Below, piece by piece: positions 1 to 11,973 of a stretch of DNA of 58,293 nucleotides. Every line of letters starts with the position of its first letter. The stretch's first letter is position 1. Position numbers and translations under genes: made by a program. Under the pieces are notes generated by a model that had not been told where the DNA came from, did no database searches, and saw nothing but the letters and a program-made list of their open reading frames with translations. The stretch comes from Hydrurus foetidus (taxonomy: Eukaryota): contig UYFQ01000712.1 in NCBI GenBank assembly GCA_900617105.1, forward strand, positions 1-58,293. The letters are read 5' to 3'.

Positions 1-2578
1 TGTATGCTAACTAATATGTTAGTCAAATATTTATTCAGTCTCATCAGCACTGCATGGTCACCGTCTAGTGGCATATCACTGTTGAGGAATGCACCAGGAA
101 AATCGATCGTAGCGACCGCTCGATTTTCACTAGCAGCAATTGCAGCAACAATAAATACGCTAGTGGTGCTAACAGTTGGTGATGAACCGTTATCATATAT
201 ATTTCTATCTTGTAAGTGACCTCCTGCTACAAGTCTAGATTTTAGCTTATCAAATTTACCATCTGCTGTATACTTATCTTTCAAAAACATACTGCTGGTT
301 ATGATACTTTTCCTCTGATCGTAACTAAGACTGTTGAGGTGAACTGCCTCCCACACATTCTTATCACACATCTGTTGTAACTCTTTTTTAATGGAATCTA
401 CGGCTATCTCGCCTAATTTCTGTACTCCTTCTGTTACGGTCATGTTCATCATGTACTTACACATGACTGAATCTTTGTAGCTAGGTATACTTAAACCTAC
501 TAATCTCTTGTTCCATCTACCTGGCTGATGGTTTCTAGCACTACGTCTGGGTTGTTTATCTAGAATTTCCTCTGACTTGCTATTTTCTGTGGTGGGGGTA
601 TCTACCTCATCATCACTGTCTACACCAAATATATCATTCATTAATGCATCGGGGTCAGTTGGTGTATCGTCATACACTACATCCTCTCCTTCATTAACGT
701 ATATATCATTTGGTATGTATTCTGTTAATTGTTCGAACTCTGATTCGTAAGCTACATCAGAATTGCCATCGTATGAGTCAAAATTATTTGCTATCTCATG
801 ATGCACAAATTCGTCTTCTGTAGGGTAACTATACGGTGTTATCATGTCAGGTGTCTGCAACTCAAATTCATCGTTGGAGTAATCATTTCCATCGTCTTCG
901 AGGATTTGATTACTCTGTTCGAAAATAGGTTGCTTGACATTCACTGACATATTTAATTTCCTCTCAGATGCTAACTTATCGAGGTAACTGATCACATCAT
1001 CTGTCATTGGTAAGCTAGTAGCCTTTGTCCTCTTCACTACTTTTAAGTTAGCTAACAGCAGATAATACCATGAACCTTCTAGGTTGCCTGCACTAACTAA
1101 TGCTATTGCTGCCTGTGATCTGGGTTTAGTCGAGTTATCCACGGAATCGGTATGTACTTGTACGTAATCACCGAAACCGTGTTTCAACTCCTTATCTACG
1201 TTAATCTTTCTACCGTATAATTTCTCTCTGGGGCTGACGTAAGCTACACTGTTTCTAGTTGGTACTAAATTTAATCTGTTCACAACATATCTAAGTAACC
1301 AACTTTCTAGTAGCTCACTCAGTGAAAAAGGTACCGTGTTGATGATAGCACGAACACGTTCCTTGATCACTCTAATTTTCCTCTCAACTACAGCTACTGC
1401 TTCTCCTGCTCCAGTACTGTCTAATATAATACCTAGTGCGGCTAGCTTACTCTCAAAACTTAAAGTGTTGACTGCCGACTCTCCGTCTATACTTATCATA
1501 GTTATCTTAAATCCATACTTAGTAATGTGATGTATGTTGCTCTCTAAGTTCATCCATAAGGAAGACTTATTTTTCCGTGAGAGTTTACATATCATCACAT
1601 ATTCTAAGGGATTTGTAACTGTGACTAAATAGGGTATCGAGTTCACAAACATCAAATCTATGTACATAACCTGGTTCAGGAACTGCCTATCTACAACTGG
1701 CATCTCTTCCTCTAACTCAGTTTTGTGACTAGTTGTTTTCCCCTTAAGGGAACCCAAATCTGGTCCAAAAATATCTAATGCTCTAACTACATCTTGCGCT
1801 GTTATGTCACTCTTATCTAATTTCCCCTGACCTATTAATTTAATTAACTGTCCTGGGCTGGCGTAACCTAACTTTCTCTGATACTCTCTAGCTAATTCTG
1901 CTGACTTAACTTGTCTAGCTGTGTACAATTTCTTCTTATCCTTAACTGTCATGACCATGATCGATTTATCGAACGATACATTCTTGTAACTGACATTTCT
2001 GTCTAAGTCGCATAGATATATGTTCGTAGACTGATCATGGACAAATCTATATACAGGTCCTGACTTAATCATCCTAACTTTGTAACAATCCTGGTCACTG
2101 TCATAGCTAACTGACTCGCTCGAGCTGACTATGTTACCGAAGGATAATATATTTGCTATACAATTTCTATCGTAGTAAACTGTTCCGAAGTCCGTCTCGC
2201 CACACTCCGTGATTATCAAGGGTTCCCCTGAGGGTTCACTCCGTTAATAATCATCGGGGTAGCGGACGGCATAATACTATAAAATAAATCTCCACTACAA
2301 AATACTGACTCTGCTGCACATGTATCTAACAACACTTGTCTCTCTGTAAATGTGGAACTGTGTGTATATACATTCGCACTAAAAATCACAGGGTCACCCC
2401 CACAATTTTTACTGTTCAGTGGACAAAAATTCTCCAATCTGCATGCTTTATCTAACAATGGCACAAACGCAGGGTAACCGGTCGACGTTGCAAATACGTC
2501 ATGCAGTCCGCTTTCCCCACACGGAACATTTACATCCTTAGCTAGTGAATCAGGTAAAAAAACATATAAGGGACTTAC
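1..2578 (-). pseudogene. pol: Copia-1 pol (PR-INT-RT, partial), one frameshift near 2220
   Basis: Hand translation: open frame from ~2578 through VLLDTCAAESVF. A 1-nt shift in the G run CAGGGGAACCC restores GEPLIITECGETDFGTVYY; INT and RT motifs follow to the window edge. Confidence 0.85.
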
Positions 2579-3708
2579 TTTTCCGAGGAAGTGTGACGCG
2601 CAGGTGCGTTCTTCCTCGGGGGCTTCTTACACTCGTAGGCATAGTGGCCCTCCTCCCCGCAGTTGTTGCAGCTTCCGTAACGGGTACCGTACTCCTGTAC
2701 GGCACCTCCCTCCCTCTCTCTCGCTGCCGGGGGTGTCGAATCCTCCCTTCTCAGCTCCACTCTCTCCGCTGCCACGGCCTCTGCCGCCTCTCCGGCTGAA
2801 CCCGCTCTCCCACCCCGACTGGCCGCGAAAACGTTTCGCTTCTCCGAGTTCGGGGGAGCTCCTCCGTGGACGGGCCTTCCCATAAGGAAGTTGGCCGCGT
2901 CCTGGTTGGCATCGGCCATGGTCTGCGGCCATGACCGAACCTTATTTTTAAACGTATTGATATATTCTAAATAGTTTGAATTAAGTCCAGTTACAAATAA
3001 TACAGCATGGAACTCATCTGTGTGGATGGGCTCTTCTTCGTCGGCGATCCTGTATGACTCGCTCTTGACAAATAGAAGCGTCCTACACCTACTAAAATAT
3101 GAAGCTAGATCCTCGTTTTGATACATTTTAATATTGTAAAAGTTTCTAATTGCTGTAGTCATAATATATACATCTCCATACCTTTTGTTGTTCATGTGTG
3201 TAGCAACCACACATGTCAACACCTCTAGAGGATCACAGTCCTCTATAGCTCGCTTGCCTGCCGGCATCTCGTTCAGCCTTGTGATTGAGGCCTCCGACAT
3301 CTGACCTAATATTACACCATACATTTTTGCACAGTCTTTTTTATGTAATTCAACATTAGCAGCATATTTCTTACTTGCAGTCTTCCACCACTCTATGGCA
3401 ACCATGCCGGCGTTATCCGGCGGGTCGTCTGGCTCTACAAATTCTTCGTAATCCGTGAGGACCCCATCTATGCCAATGATTTCTTTAACGGAAGTTTCGT
3501 AAGTACTATACATTTAAACTCGTAAGCATTCAAGCCATTTCAACACGGCTTCCGGATCTGCCGCTTAGCCTCGTGGCAGATCCAGGTAAGCACCTATCTC
3601 GGGCTTCCTACCTTTCACTATGGGTTTATGGGGCTCGCCTTGCCCCCTACCATATCGACCCCTTTCCCCGCCACGGGACTGGAATCTTCCATCGCCTCGT
3701 CCTCTCAT
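2575..3708 (-). pseudogene. gag: Copia-1 gag with zinc knuckle
   Basis: ORF 2575-3513 contains CNNCGEEGHYAYEC. The same frame extends upstream to an ATG at 3708 (MRGRGDGRF...) across two in-frame TAA stops. Confidence 0.85.
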
Positions 3709-3877
3709 CCTTGCAAATCTTTTGCAAATTACTATCTAAGCTATTTAAGGATGACTGTCGTTTATTTTGGAATTCTGGGCGATTTACACGGAATTTCTTC
3801 CGAGTTCCCAAACGATCCCTGCACTTCCGACTGCTAGCAACGCTCGCTCAAAAGAGAAGAAGACGTTCTATTCGGTA

Positions 3878-4043
3878 AGTTGGATTAAACGACAGTGACA
3901 TGCTGTCGATTACATCTAGGTAGCATAACATGAGTGCGAAGGTTGCGGTCAATGTTATCGCTGAATGTACGTACACCCGTGCATGAAAACAATCATACAT
4001 CACACAGGGTACAAGATCCTAGTCTAATCCGGATATCACAACA
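3878..4043 (-). repeat. Probable 5' LTR of Copia-1
   Basis: Begins TGTTGTG on the minus strand next to a Harbinger TIR and lies upstream of gag. The partner LTR is outside the window, so the inner boundary is approximate. Confidence 0.45.
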
Positions 4044-4156
4044 ATTAGGCCGTTACTTATAGCATCCATAATCCCGGCCAAAATCGGTAATTTTGGGCGG
4101 GATTTACGGAAATGCATTCCTTACTGAGGCCAAACCTTATAGCGCACCGTTTACGG

Positions 4157-4337
4157 ATTTTGCTATTGGCCCTCGTCCGGACCTCGGACTCCAGATTCCT
4201 TAATTTCCTCAATCCTCTGACTCCTTCACTGTTGATTGCACAGAGGATTCGCACGATTGTGATTATTTATCGACTTGAGTCTCGCATACACAAGTTGGGT
4301 GGTCCTTTAAACTAACATCAATGCCTAGCACGCCTCT
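4157..4337 (-). repeat. Split direct repeat B2 (181 bp)
   Basis: Matches 4726-4906. Confidence 0.95.
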
Positions 4338-4476
4338 GTAAGTAGACGTACCCCTTATTAGCTAGGGTAACTGAAGTACTCTCAGGACAGTGCATTCGAG
4401 TTCAACATAACTAACCTACTAAATATCAATGTAGAACAAAACAAAAAAAATTTCTTCGACGGGTGGGTGGGTGGGA

Positions 4477-4728
4477 AAAAAGAGAAACAAAGAAAGTAAG
4501 CAAGCCAGAATGACGATGTGACAGTCGCAAACAAGTGACTCCAAACTTCTCCTCTTTCTGAGTTTCGACGAAAGCGACTACAGCTTTATTCGTTCTCTGA
4601 CGACGCGGGTCCGCTTGCTGTGCTTTTCATTTCCTTTTCATGTCGCTGAAATTCGAATATTCCAACGCGTTTTCAACCGCAAAATCGTAAGTGCGTTACG
4701 TACTGCTTCCTCCACTAACTCCTCCATT
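4477..4728 (-). repeat. Split direct repeat A2 (252 bp)
   Basis: Matches 11463-11714. Confidence 0.95.
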
Positions 4729-4906
4729 TTGCTATTGGCCCTCGTCCGGACCTCGGACTCCAGATTCCTTAATTTCCTCAATCCTCTGACTCCTTCACTG
4801 TTGATTGCACAGAGGATTCGCACGATTGTGATTATTTATCGACTTGAGTCTCGCATACACAAGTTGGGTGGTCCTTTAAACTAACATCAATGCCTAGCAC
4901 GCCTCT
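4726..4906 (-). repeat. Split direct repeat B1
   Basis: Matches 4157-4337 and overlaps A2 by ATT. Confidence 0.95.
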
Positions 4907-4946
4907 TCCACTAGGCTCCCCCCAAATGATGTCTTGCACATCGAGA

Positions 4947-6212
4947 CTAGTCGGTACTCTTCGAGTTCGGCGGTAACATTCTTGTGATTTCGGTCACACC
5001 ATGCATCTGCACCCCCGACCCTGAAGTGGACAGTGCTAACGCTCCTCTGCTGTGCATATGCCTTACATAATGGGTATCTGGGACACTTGACGTCGCGACC
5101 CAGCCGCCCCTTGATTTCATTTCTAATGAATCCATTCCGTTTGCTGTAACGTGCGTCCCGAAATCAGATCGGAGTGATTTGGTGGAGAAGTTCTTTGGCG
5201 GTAGACCCGCCCCGCCTACGGCCAGCTTAATTGCTTTTCGTACGTCTTTTCTTATAACAACTTTTCTCGAACCCGTGCTACTGTATCTTGTCAGAAGCTC
5301 GTCCTCTTCTTGCACCTGTGAATGTATGAACCATTGAAGTAAATCATCCAATACCATACTTTCCACATCTGTGCGTCTCGATAGCGTTTTGGGATTTTCG
5401 ATTAGCGATTTGACTTTTCTTGATGTCTTCGATGTAACGTAGATCATATCCACCTCGCTAACCATATCCAAGGTGACATCTCCTCTTTTTAAGAAGTTCG
5501 TTATTGTGGAGCCTCCTTTCAGTCGTATTACCTCAGTTGTCTGTGGGTCCTTCACCAGAAAGGTGAGTTGGCCCGCGCGGATGCAATGGTCTGCTCCATG
5601 AGGTCCATCTCTTTTCGTCAAATTGCCGATCCGAAGCCCCGAATCGAAACCGAGAGAAATAGCTAACCAAATTCCCTTCATATCCATCCCCTTCATATCC
5701 CAATCTTGTTCCACCCAATACTTCTCCCTTACTCCTAGTACTATGTCCAGGCATACGGGTAATATTACGTTATCTTTTCTCTTCTCTTCGTACACTCTAC
5801 ACTCTTCGGAAGATCGGCTTGTTGCAGCTCTACCACGAGACACCAGAGCAAGATGCATGAAACTTGCGTCCATTCCCTTTACTTCCAGCGTGTATGTCAA
5901 GCTCGTAATGATCCGTTTTATTTGTTCATCTCTTAACCCCTCATTCATGTATAGGTATGCCATGAACAGCACCACCCTCTGTGCCTTGCCATTCTGGTCT
6001 TCCACTCTTTCCAGGTACTCTCCTGGGTGACTGTTGCTGTCCAGGGTGCCCAAGTATTCCGTCCACGTTTTAATACCAGCATTGTAACTCCTCGCTGTAC
6101 CTGCCGTCACACTGTTGCTGAGAAATTCTGTTAGCGTTGCACTCTCGCTTTCGCTGACAGTGCTGAATCCCACTGTCTCTACTCGTTCTGTTCCCTTGGC
6201 ACCTAACAGCAA
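4947..6212 (-). CDS. Tyrosine recombinase of the YR retrotransposon
   Basis: GLRIGNL (R), KSLRS (HxxR-like, H replaced by K), RGGW, THYV (catalytic Y). The ORF opens at TTG; a CCACCATG at 6225 is out of frame, so the 5' end may be frameshifted. Confidence 0.88.
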   Translation of the reverse strand: MLLGAKGTERVETVGFSTVSESESATLTEFLSNSVTAGTARSYNAGIKTWTEYLGTLDSNSHPGEYLERVEDQNGKAQRVVLFMAYLYMNEGLRDEQIKRIITSLTYTLEVKGMDASFMHLALVSRGRAATSRSSEECRVYEEKRKDNVILPVCLDIVLGVREKYWVEQDWDMKGMDMKGIWLAISLGFDSGLRIGNLTKRDGPHGADHCIRAGQLTFLVKDPQTTEVIRLKGGSTITNFLKRGDVTLDMVSEVDMIYVTSKTSRKVKSLIENPKTLSRRTDVESMVLDDLLQWFIHSQVQEEDELLTRYSSTGSRKVVIRKDVRKAIKLAVGGAGLPPKNFSTKSLRSDFGTHVTANGMDSLEMKSRGGWVATSSVPDTHYVRHMHSRGALALSTSGSGVQMHGVTEITRMLPPNSKSTD

Positions 6213-6232
6213 TAATTGTATACATGGTGGGG

Positions 6233-9200
6233 TTAGTTCTTTGCCTCGAGGATGCGACGCATGTCGGTCCAGAAATTATCGAATTCATCATCAGTTGCTG
6301 TTGGTCTTTCTAGATCGCACAATGATATGATCATATCTCCGTTGAGTTCGATAGTTTGAGCTTTCTCTAAACGAGTATCTTTCTCATACAATTCGTTTAA
6401 TGTTCCTCCTCTTGAGAGGTAATCCGCCCTCCAATTTTCATCAGCTGCAATATGTACAACTTCGCTTATCGTAATTTTCTCATATATGTTTTGAAGGATG
6501 AACACCACCGCTGCATTCCCCACTAACTCCCCTCGGAACTTCCCGGTTGACGCCCACGTTAGGGCTGTCATACTATCCCCTCGTAGACAGACGCTATCAG
6601 GATGCAGTCCCAGTTGTCGTAGACCTCTTATACCTAACACCGCTGCAATAAACTCTGCTGTGTTCTGGTACGAAGCTTCCGAAGCAAAGTGCAGAGATGA
6701 GATGTCTATTGACCCTCCCCCTATAAGAACCTCCCCCTTTTCCGATTGTTGGTAGTACAACAAACCTATTCCTGTTAAGGAGGCATCGAACTCTATGACT
6801 AAGCTTGATGTCGCTTTTCTGAACGACTTTAGTGGTCTTGCGAACTCCACGTCGTTGACTGCAGTGAGCCCTATCAACACGCGAAAGTAGCGTATCACTT
6901 GCCACGCCTTTGCCGATAACTGGAACGATGCGTGATCGCTTCTTCCAGTACACTCTGCGTATAATACGCTGATGAATGGTTTCATGTAGACGCATATTTT
7001 GCCATACCGCGAAGCCCATGAAGCCAATTTTTGCATCGTTTTTACTTTCATCGGAGCGTTGCTGTCGATGATCATAAATCCATGTAAAGCCCGCAGGATA
7101 TTCCTTTTTGAGATAGTGATAAGTTGCCTGTCCAAATCGATGTCGTATCCTATGAATGTTAGGCGTCGACCGGAGTTTGACTTTGTCTATTCTATTGAGT
7201 CTGGCCCCATCAAGTCACAACACACTCGATCCATGGTGCGCATGTCCACTGCCAGATTTTTCTTTGTGGTCACTCCAAAGATGTCATCACTGTACATCAA
7301 GGCTGAGCCTGGTTCCAGCTCCGAAGATGCCACATATGAAGATGATAACTTTATCATCTGTCATCTCCATCGCGAGATGTTGTACTTCATCAGCATCAAA
7401 GAACAATAGTGTGAACGTTACCTTCAAATCCTTCTGAAACATTACTAGATCGCTCCACTCTAAAGTGGGATCATCTTTGACGGCTGCATCGTAGTAATCG
7501 TTGATCATATTTGCTGCGTCCTCGATTGATGGATGACATATAACTCCCCATAGTTGGTCTGATCTTTCTTTTGTTGCCGACGAGTTGAGTGGTTCATTAC
7601 CATATTCTGAACCGCCATCAGAGCAGTCGCCGATAGGCCTACCCTGTCTCTTTCCTTGTTTTTCCGTCCAGTGCAGTGGTGACAGATGTATACCGGGTAT
7701 TGTCAGTGCAGTTTCCTTTGTGAGAATGAATGCCAACCCCAACTCATGGAAGTTGGTGACGAGTAGGCGATTTTACTGATATGTGACTTTTCCGTAATGG
7801 TGGCAATCTTCCTTGTCAATTTGGTTTGAAGCCTTCTCTGAGGAGGAGTGGCATACCTTTCTTGGCGAGAATCATCAGTTTCTCCCTTTCAGGATTGTCG
7901 CTGCGAGTATGCATTTCTACACGCGTAGCATTGAGCCTTCTGTTGAGCAATTGATTCTGTCTTCTTTTTGTCATGACTGTGATGTCTCTCATACTAGCTC
8001 TGAATAGTGCCTCGTCGCTCCTGACTAGTTCGTCGGGAACTTTGTAATGATTTCCCCATTCCTCAGCGTCCTTTGCTTTATAGACTTCGTCGGCAAGTTT
8101 GTAGCCCTCGACTGCTACTTCGACTATTCTATTCATTCTTCCCGCTGTAACTTGCTCCGGGAACATTTTAGAAAGTTTTGCCATGGTGTCCCTTATCGCG
8201 GTGTCATATGACGCCTCCTTTTCATTTCTTGCGATTGTAGTAAGTGGTTTCCCAACTGTCCCTTCTAGTGCTCCTGTTTCTGTTGCTCTGCTGTCAGAGT
8301 GTGTTGTGTCAGATAAGATGTGTTGAGCATCATCATCCGTATTGTGCGCTGCTGTCGGCGCGTCATCTTCCGTATTGGTTCGATACCTTTTCCTGTGTAA
8401 TGTATCGTTGCGACTACTGACGATCGAAGTAGTTAATATTTCTGGGTTCCACCTTACTGTCTTTATTCTTCTTACTCTGCTGTCAGAGTGTGTTGTGTCA
8501 GTGTGCCGTGCATCGTCATCTGCATTGTGCGCTGTTGTCAGTGCTTCATCCGTCGTACTTGTCCGACATTTTTCCTCATGTGATGCTTCGTCGCGACAAC
8601 CGATGATCGACATAGGTTGCTTCTCAACTGGCCGTCTTACGCTTTTTATACTTGTTGCTCTGCTGTCAGAGTGTGTTGTGTCAGATAAGATGTGTTGAGC
8701 ATCATCATCCGTATTGTGCGCTGCTGTCGGCGCGTCATCTTCCGTATTGGTTCGATACCTTTTCCTGTGTAATGTATCGTTGCGACTACTGACGATCGAA
8801 GTAGTTAATATTTCTGGGTTCCACCTTACTGTCTTTATTCTTCTTACTCTACTGTCAGAGTGTGTTGTGTCAGTGTGCCGTGCATCGTCATCTGCATTGT
8901 GCACTGTTGTCAGTGCTTCATCCGTCGAACTTGTTCGACATTTTTCCTCATGTGATGCTTCGTCGCGACAACTGATGATCGACATAGGTTGCTTCTCAAC
9001 TCGCCGGCTTACGCTTTTTATACTTGTTGCTCTGCTGTCAGAGTGTGTTGTGTCAGATGAGATGTGTTGAACATCATCATCCGTATTGTGCGCTTTTGTC
9101 GGCGCTTCATCCTCCGTATTGGTTCGATACCTTTTCCTGTGTAATGTATCGTTGTGACTATTGATGCTCGATGTAGGCTGCTACTGATGATCGAAGTAGA

Positions 9201-9858
9201 TAATATTTCTGGGTTCCACCTTACTGTCTTTATTCTTCTTACTCTGCTGTCAGAGTGTGTTGTGTCAGTGTGCCGTGCATCGTCATCTGCATTGTGCACT
9301 GTTGTCAGTGCTTCATCCGTCGAACTTGTTCGACATTTTTCCTCATGTGATGCTTCGTCGCGACAACTGATGATCGACATAGGTTGCTTCTCAACTGGCC
9401 GTCTTACGCTTTTTATACTTGTTGCTCTGCTGTCAGAGTGTGTTGTGTCAGATAAGATGTGTTGAGCATCATCATCCGTATTGTGCGCTGCTGTCGGCGC
9501 GTCATCTTCCGTGTTGGTTCGATACCTTTTCCTGTGTAATGTATCGTTGCGACTACTGATGCTCGATGTAGGCTGCTTCTCAATTGGCTGCCTTACTCTT
9601 TCTGTAGTCGATGCTCTGCTGTCAGAGTGTGTTGTGTCAGATGAGATGTGTTGTGCATTGTCATCTCTATTGTGCGCTGCTGTCAGTGCTGCATCCGTCT
9701 TTGTACGATACCTTCGTTTCAAGTTGTTGAATTTTGTAGCGGTATGTTTCTTGTGGATTTTTTCGCTTGAATCGCCCTTGATTCCGATTGCTTGGGTACT
9801 CTTTGTTGGGTATATTTCGCATAGCGATGTGAACCGCGGCTCTACATCGCATTGCCAT
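6233..9858 (-). pseudogene. YR-retrotransposon RT-RNase H polyprotein, disrupted
   Basis: RT: GRPIGDCS, FQKDLK, LMYSDDIFG (7300-7270), LTFIGYDID. DIRS-type RNase H: EFDASLTGIG, QNTAEF, LRGDSMTAL, ENWRADYLSR. Has frameshifts, a TAG stop near 7192 and an apparent deletion before YSDD. Confidence 0.85.
8281..9715. repeat. Imperfect tandem repeat (372-bp period with smaller related subunits) in the pol N-terminal region
   Basis: ORFs at 8342 and 8714 are near identical. Recurring motif CTCTGCTGTCAGAGTGTGTTGTGTCAG encodes DTTHSDSR. Confidence 0.9.
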
Positions 9859-11446
9859 TATTTGCCTTTGGCACGGCCGTCCTTGAGATCTTTAGCAATA
9901 GCGTTTATTTGTTTCATGTACTGTGCCTTGAATCCACCGAGCGAATCCGCTTTTAGCAGTAGTTCCTTCTTTGTGCACTCTGATAGGTTTCGATGGGACC
10001 ATTCGCATTGAGCTCTGCGACAAGCGACAAGCTGACCATGTGCATTCTTCACTTGTAGAAGTCCAGCAGAATGCCATATGCAAATTGGCTTGTCCACCTT
10101 ATTCGATGGTACTTCTGACTTGACGGACTTCTTGAATTGGACTTTATTGAAAGTCCCTTCTAGAGAATAGAACTTTGAGTGCGGATGTCTTTCCCATGAT
10201 GCACTCGCCGTTGTCGTAATTCGCGATTTTTCGATTTCTGTCCGCAAGTAATGTCTAAGTAAAATTGCGCATTCGGATGGAGTTGTCATTGACATTGCTG
10301 GATACGCAAGCGACTCCTTCTCCTTGTAGATGTCGTGGTAAAACAGCGATATTGCCATTTCCAGTTTAATCTGTATGTACGAATCGTTATACTCCTGAAG
10401 TATATCGTCGTCCTCGTTCAGTACGTCTAAAACATCTTTGCAACATTCGCTGTAGTCGTTACCGAAATACACCACCAAGACTCTTTGAAAGTTCGTGAAG
10501 GCGTCGGTAAATGCTGCCCGACCTTCCCTTGACGGTGACTTCCCCCATTTAATACTGTCCGACTTAAAACTCAAAAAATCTTTCAGGGATATTTGTGACC
10601 TGTCGTATAGTGGATAGTCTCCCGACAAGAATGTTTCTAGTGTTGTCGCGTTGTCATAGATCGGTAACCCTTTCAATTTCGGCAATTTCACGAATGACTT
10701 GAATATTGAGTCCTTCGGTAAGTTATCAGCCGACTAAGCATATCTTTGGCAAGTTGCCGTAAATGTTTCCCTGCAGTAAGATAAATCCTTTATCAACCTT
10801 TCGAATCTTCCCCCTAGAAGTCGAATCAGTCCTCCCACTTTGAGCATTCGTTTTATTCCTTCTGCCTTCATTGAACATGGCTTCGGTACACCATCAAGAT
10901 CCGGTATCCCAAACATCGATTTTTTTTAACACCTCCAATATCAGATACAATCTCACCTTTTTCATTTGGGGATTCAGCCAACTTGACTAGAAGATCATCA
11001 CTCATGACTTTCGACCTCCCTTTTGGCGACAAGACATAAGCTGGGAGGATCACTCTTCCTGACCATCGTATCGGCAAATTGTATCCATCCATTTCGATTA
11101 TTGCACCCAGAATTCCTACTTCGACCGTTAAGTCAAGATTAACTTCCTTAATACTGCCAAAATACTAATTTGAAGTCGTGACCCATGTGTCGTCGACTAG
11201 TTCGCCTTCGTCTGGGAGATCGACAGGGATCATGATTGTAGTTCCCTTCACTACATCTTCTGATGATATTTTGTCACTACTATTTTTGAGCCACACGGAA
11301 TTTTCCATGATTGAATCGTTACTTAGTTTTGAAGTTATCTCTAATCTTACTTTTAGTATCTCTTGCTTATCCAACTCGAAATCATATTGTACATTGTATC
11401 TTCTTCTCTTATTTTGAACACCGTGTTCATTCAAAGATCCCGACAT
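9858..11446 (-). pseudogene. ORF1 (gag-like) of the YR retrotransposon, fragmented
   Basis: Fragments 11165-11446, 10868-11092, 10734-10916 and 9858-10691. C-terminal Cys/His cluster CIWH...CRRAQCEWSH. Lies between A1 and RT. Confidence 0.6.
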
Positions 11447-11462
11447 TGAATTTACCGTAATG

Positions 11463-11714
11463 AAAAAGAGAAACAAAGAAAGTAAGCAAGCCAGAATGAC
11501 GATGTGACAGTCGCAAACAAGTGACTCCAAACTTCTCCTCTTTCTGAGTTTCGACGAAAGCGACTACAGCTTTATTCGTTCTCTGACGACGCGGGTCCGC
11601 TTGCTGTGCTTTTCATTTCCTTTTCATGTCGCTGAAATTCGAATATTCCAACGCGTTTTCAACCGCAAAATCGTAAGTGCGTTACGTACTGCTTCCTCCA
11701 CTAACTCCTCCATT
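11463..11714 (-). repeat. Split direct repeat A1 (5' terminus)
   Basis: Matches 4477-4728. Confidence 0.95.
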
Positions 11715-11973
11715 ACGGATTTCAAAAAACTCGTGATCAACAATCCGTATTCGTGATTGACCCCGTGCAGACCCTTACAAGGATCACTAAAACGAAATCC
11801 TCAAATCTGTATTTTAAATTTTTTTTTGGTATTTTGTAGCCCTTATAAGGATCACTGATACAATTTATTGAATTAGTTGTTTCTTCAAGTTTTTGAAAGG
11901 ATTGATTTTAAATCACTCCTCAACACAATTTAATCATCCAGAACCACGTTTAAAGTAAACCTAAGCAGACAAA

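Larger units (their letters stand above)
1..4043 (-). mobile_element. Ty1/Copia LTR retrotransposon (CoDi-like), truncated by the window's left edge
   Basis: Gag with CCHC knuckle, then PR (VLLDTCA), INT (ERKIRVIKERVR) and RT N-terminus (LKSRLVAGGHLQD...SSPTVS...IDFPGAFLN) in Copia order on the minus strand. Confidence 0.9.
4157..11714 (-). mobile_element. Ngaro/PAT-type tyrosine-recombinase (DIRS-order) retrotransposon with split direct repeats
   Basis: Minus-strand layout A1-ORF1-RT/RH-YR-B1-A2-spacer-B2. ATT core shared by both ends and the internal B1/A2 junction. No methyltransferase ORF seen. Confidence 0.92.

Noticed and set aside
2542..2578. 37-nt GTAAGT...CTAG intron joining Copia-1 gag to pol
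   Set aside because: Splicing gives AAC TAA, an immediate stop, not the pol frame
4555..4620. Hammerhead ribozyme in repeat A (GAAA...CTGACGA)
   Set aside because: Core-like words are present but stems I and II cannot be formed convincingly
5533..10011. Antisense and overlapping ORFs across the YR element (and similarly 46198-48923 over Copia-2)
   Set aside because: Shadows of the real coding strand with no recognisable motifs
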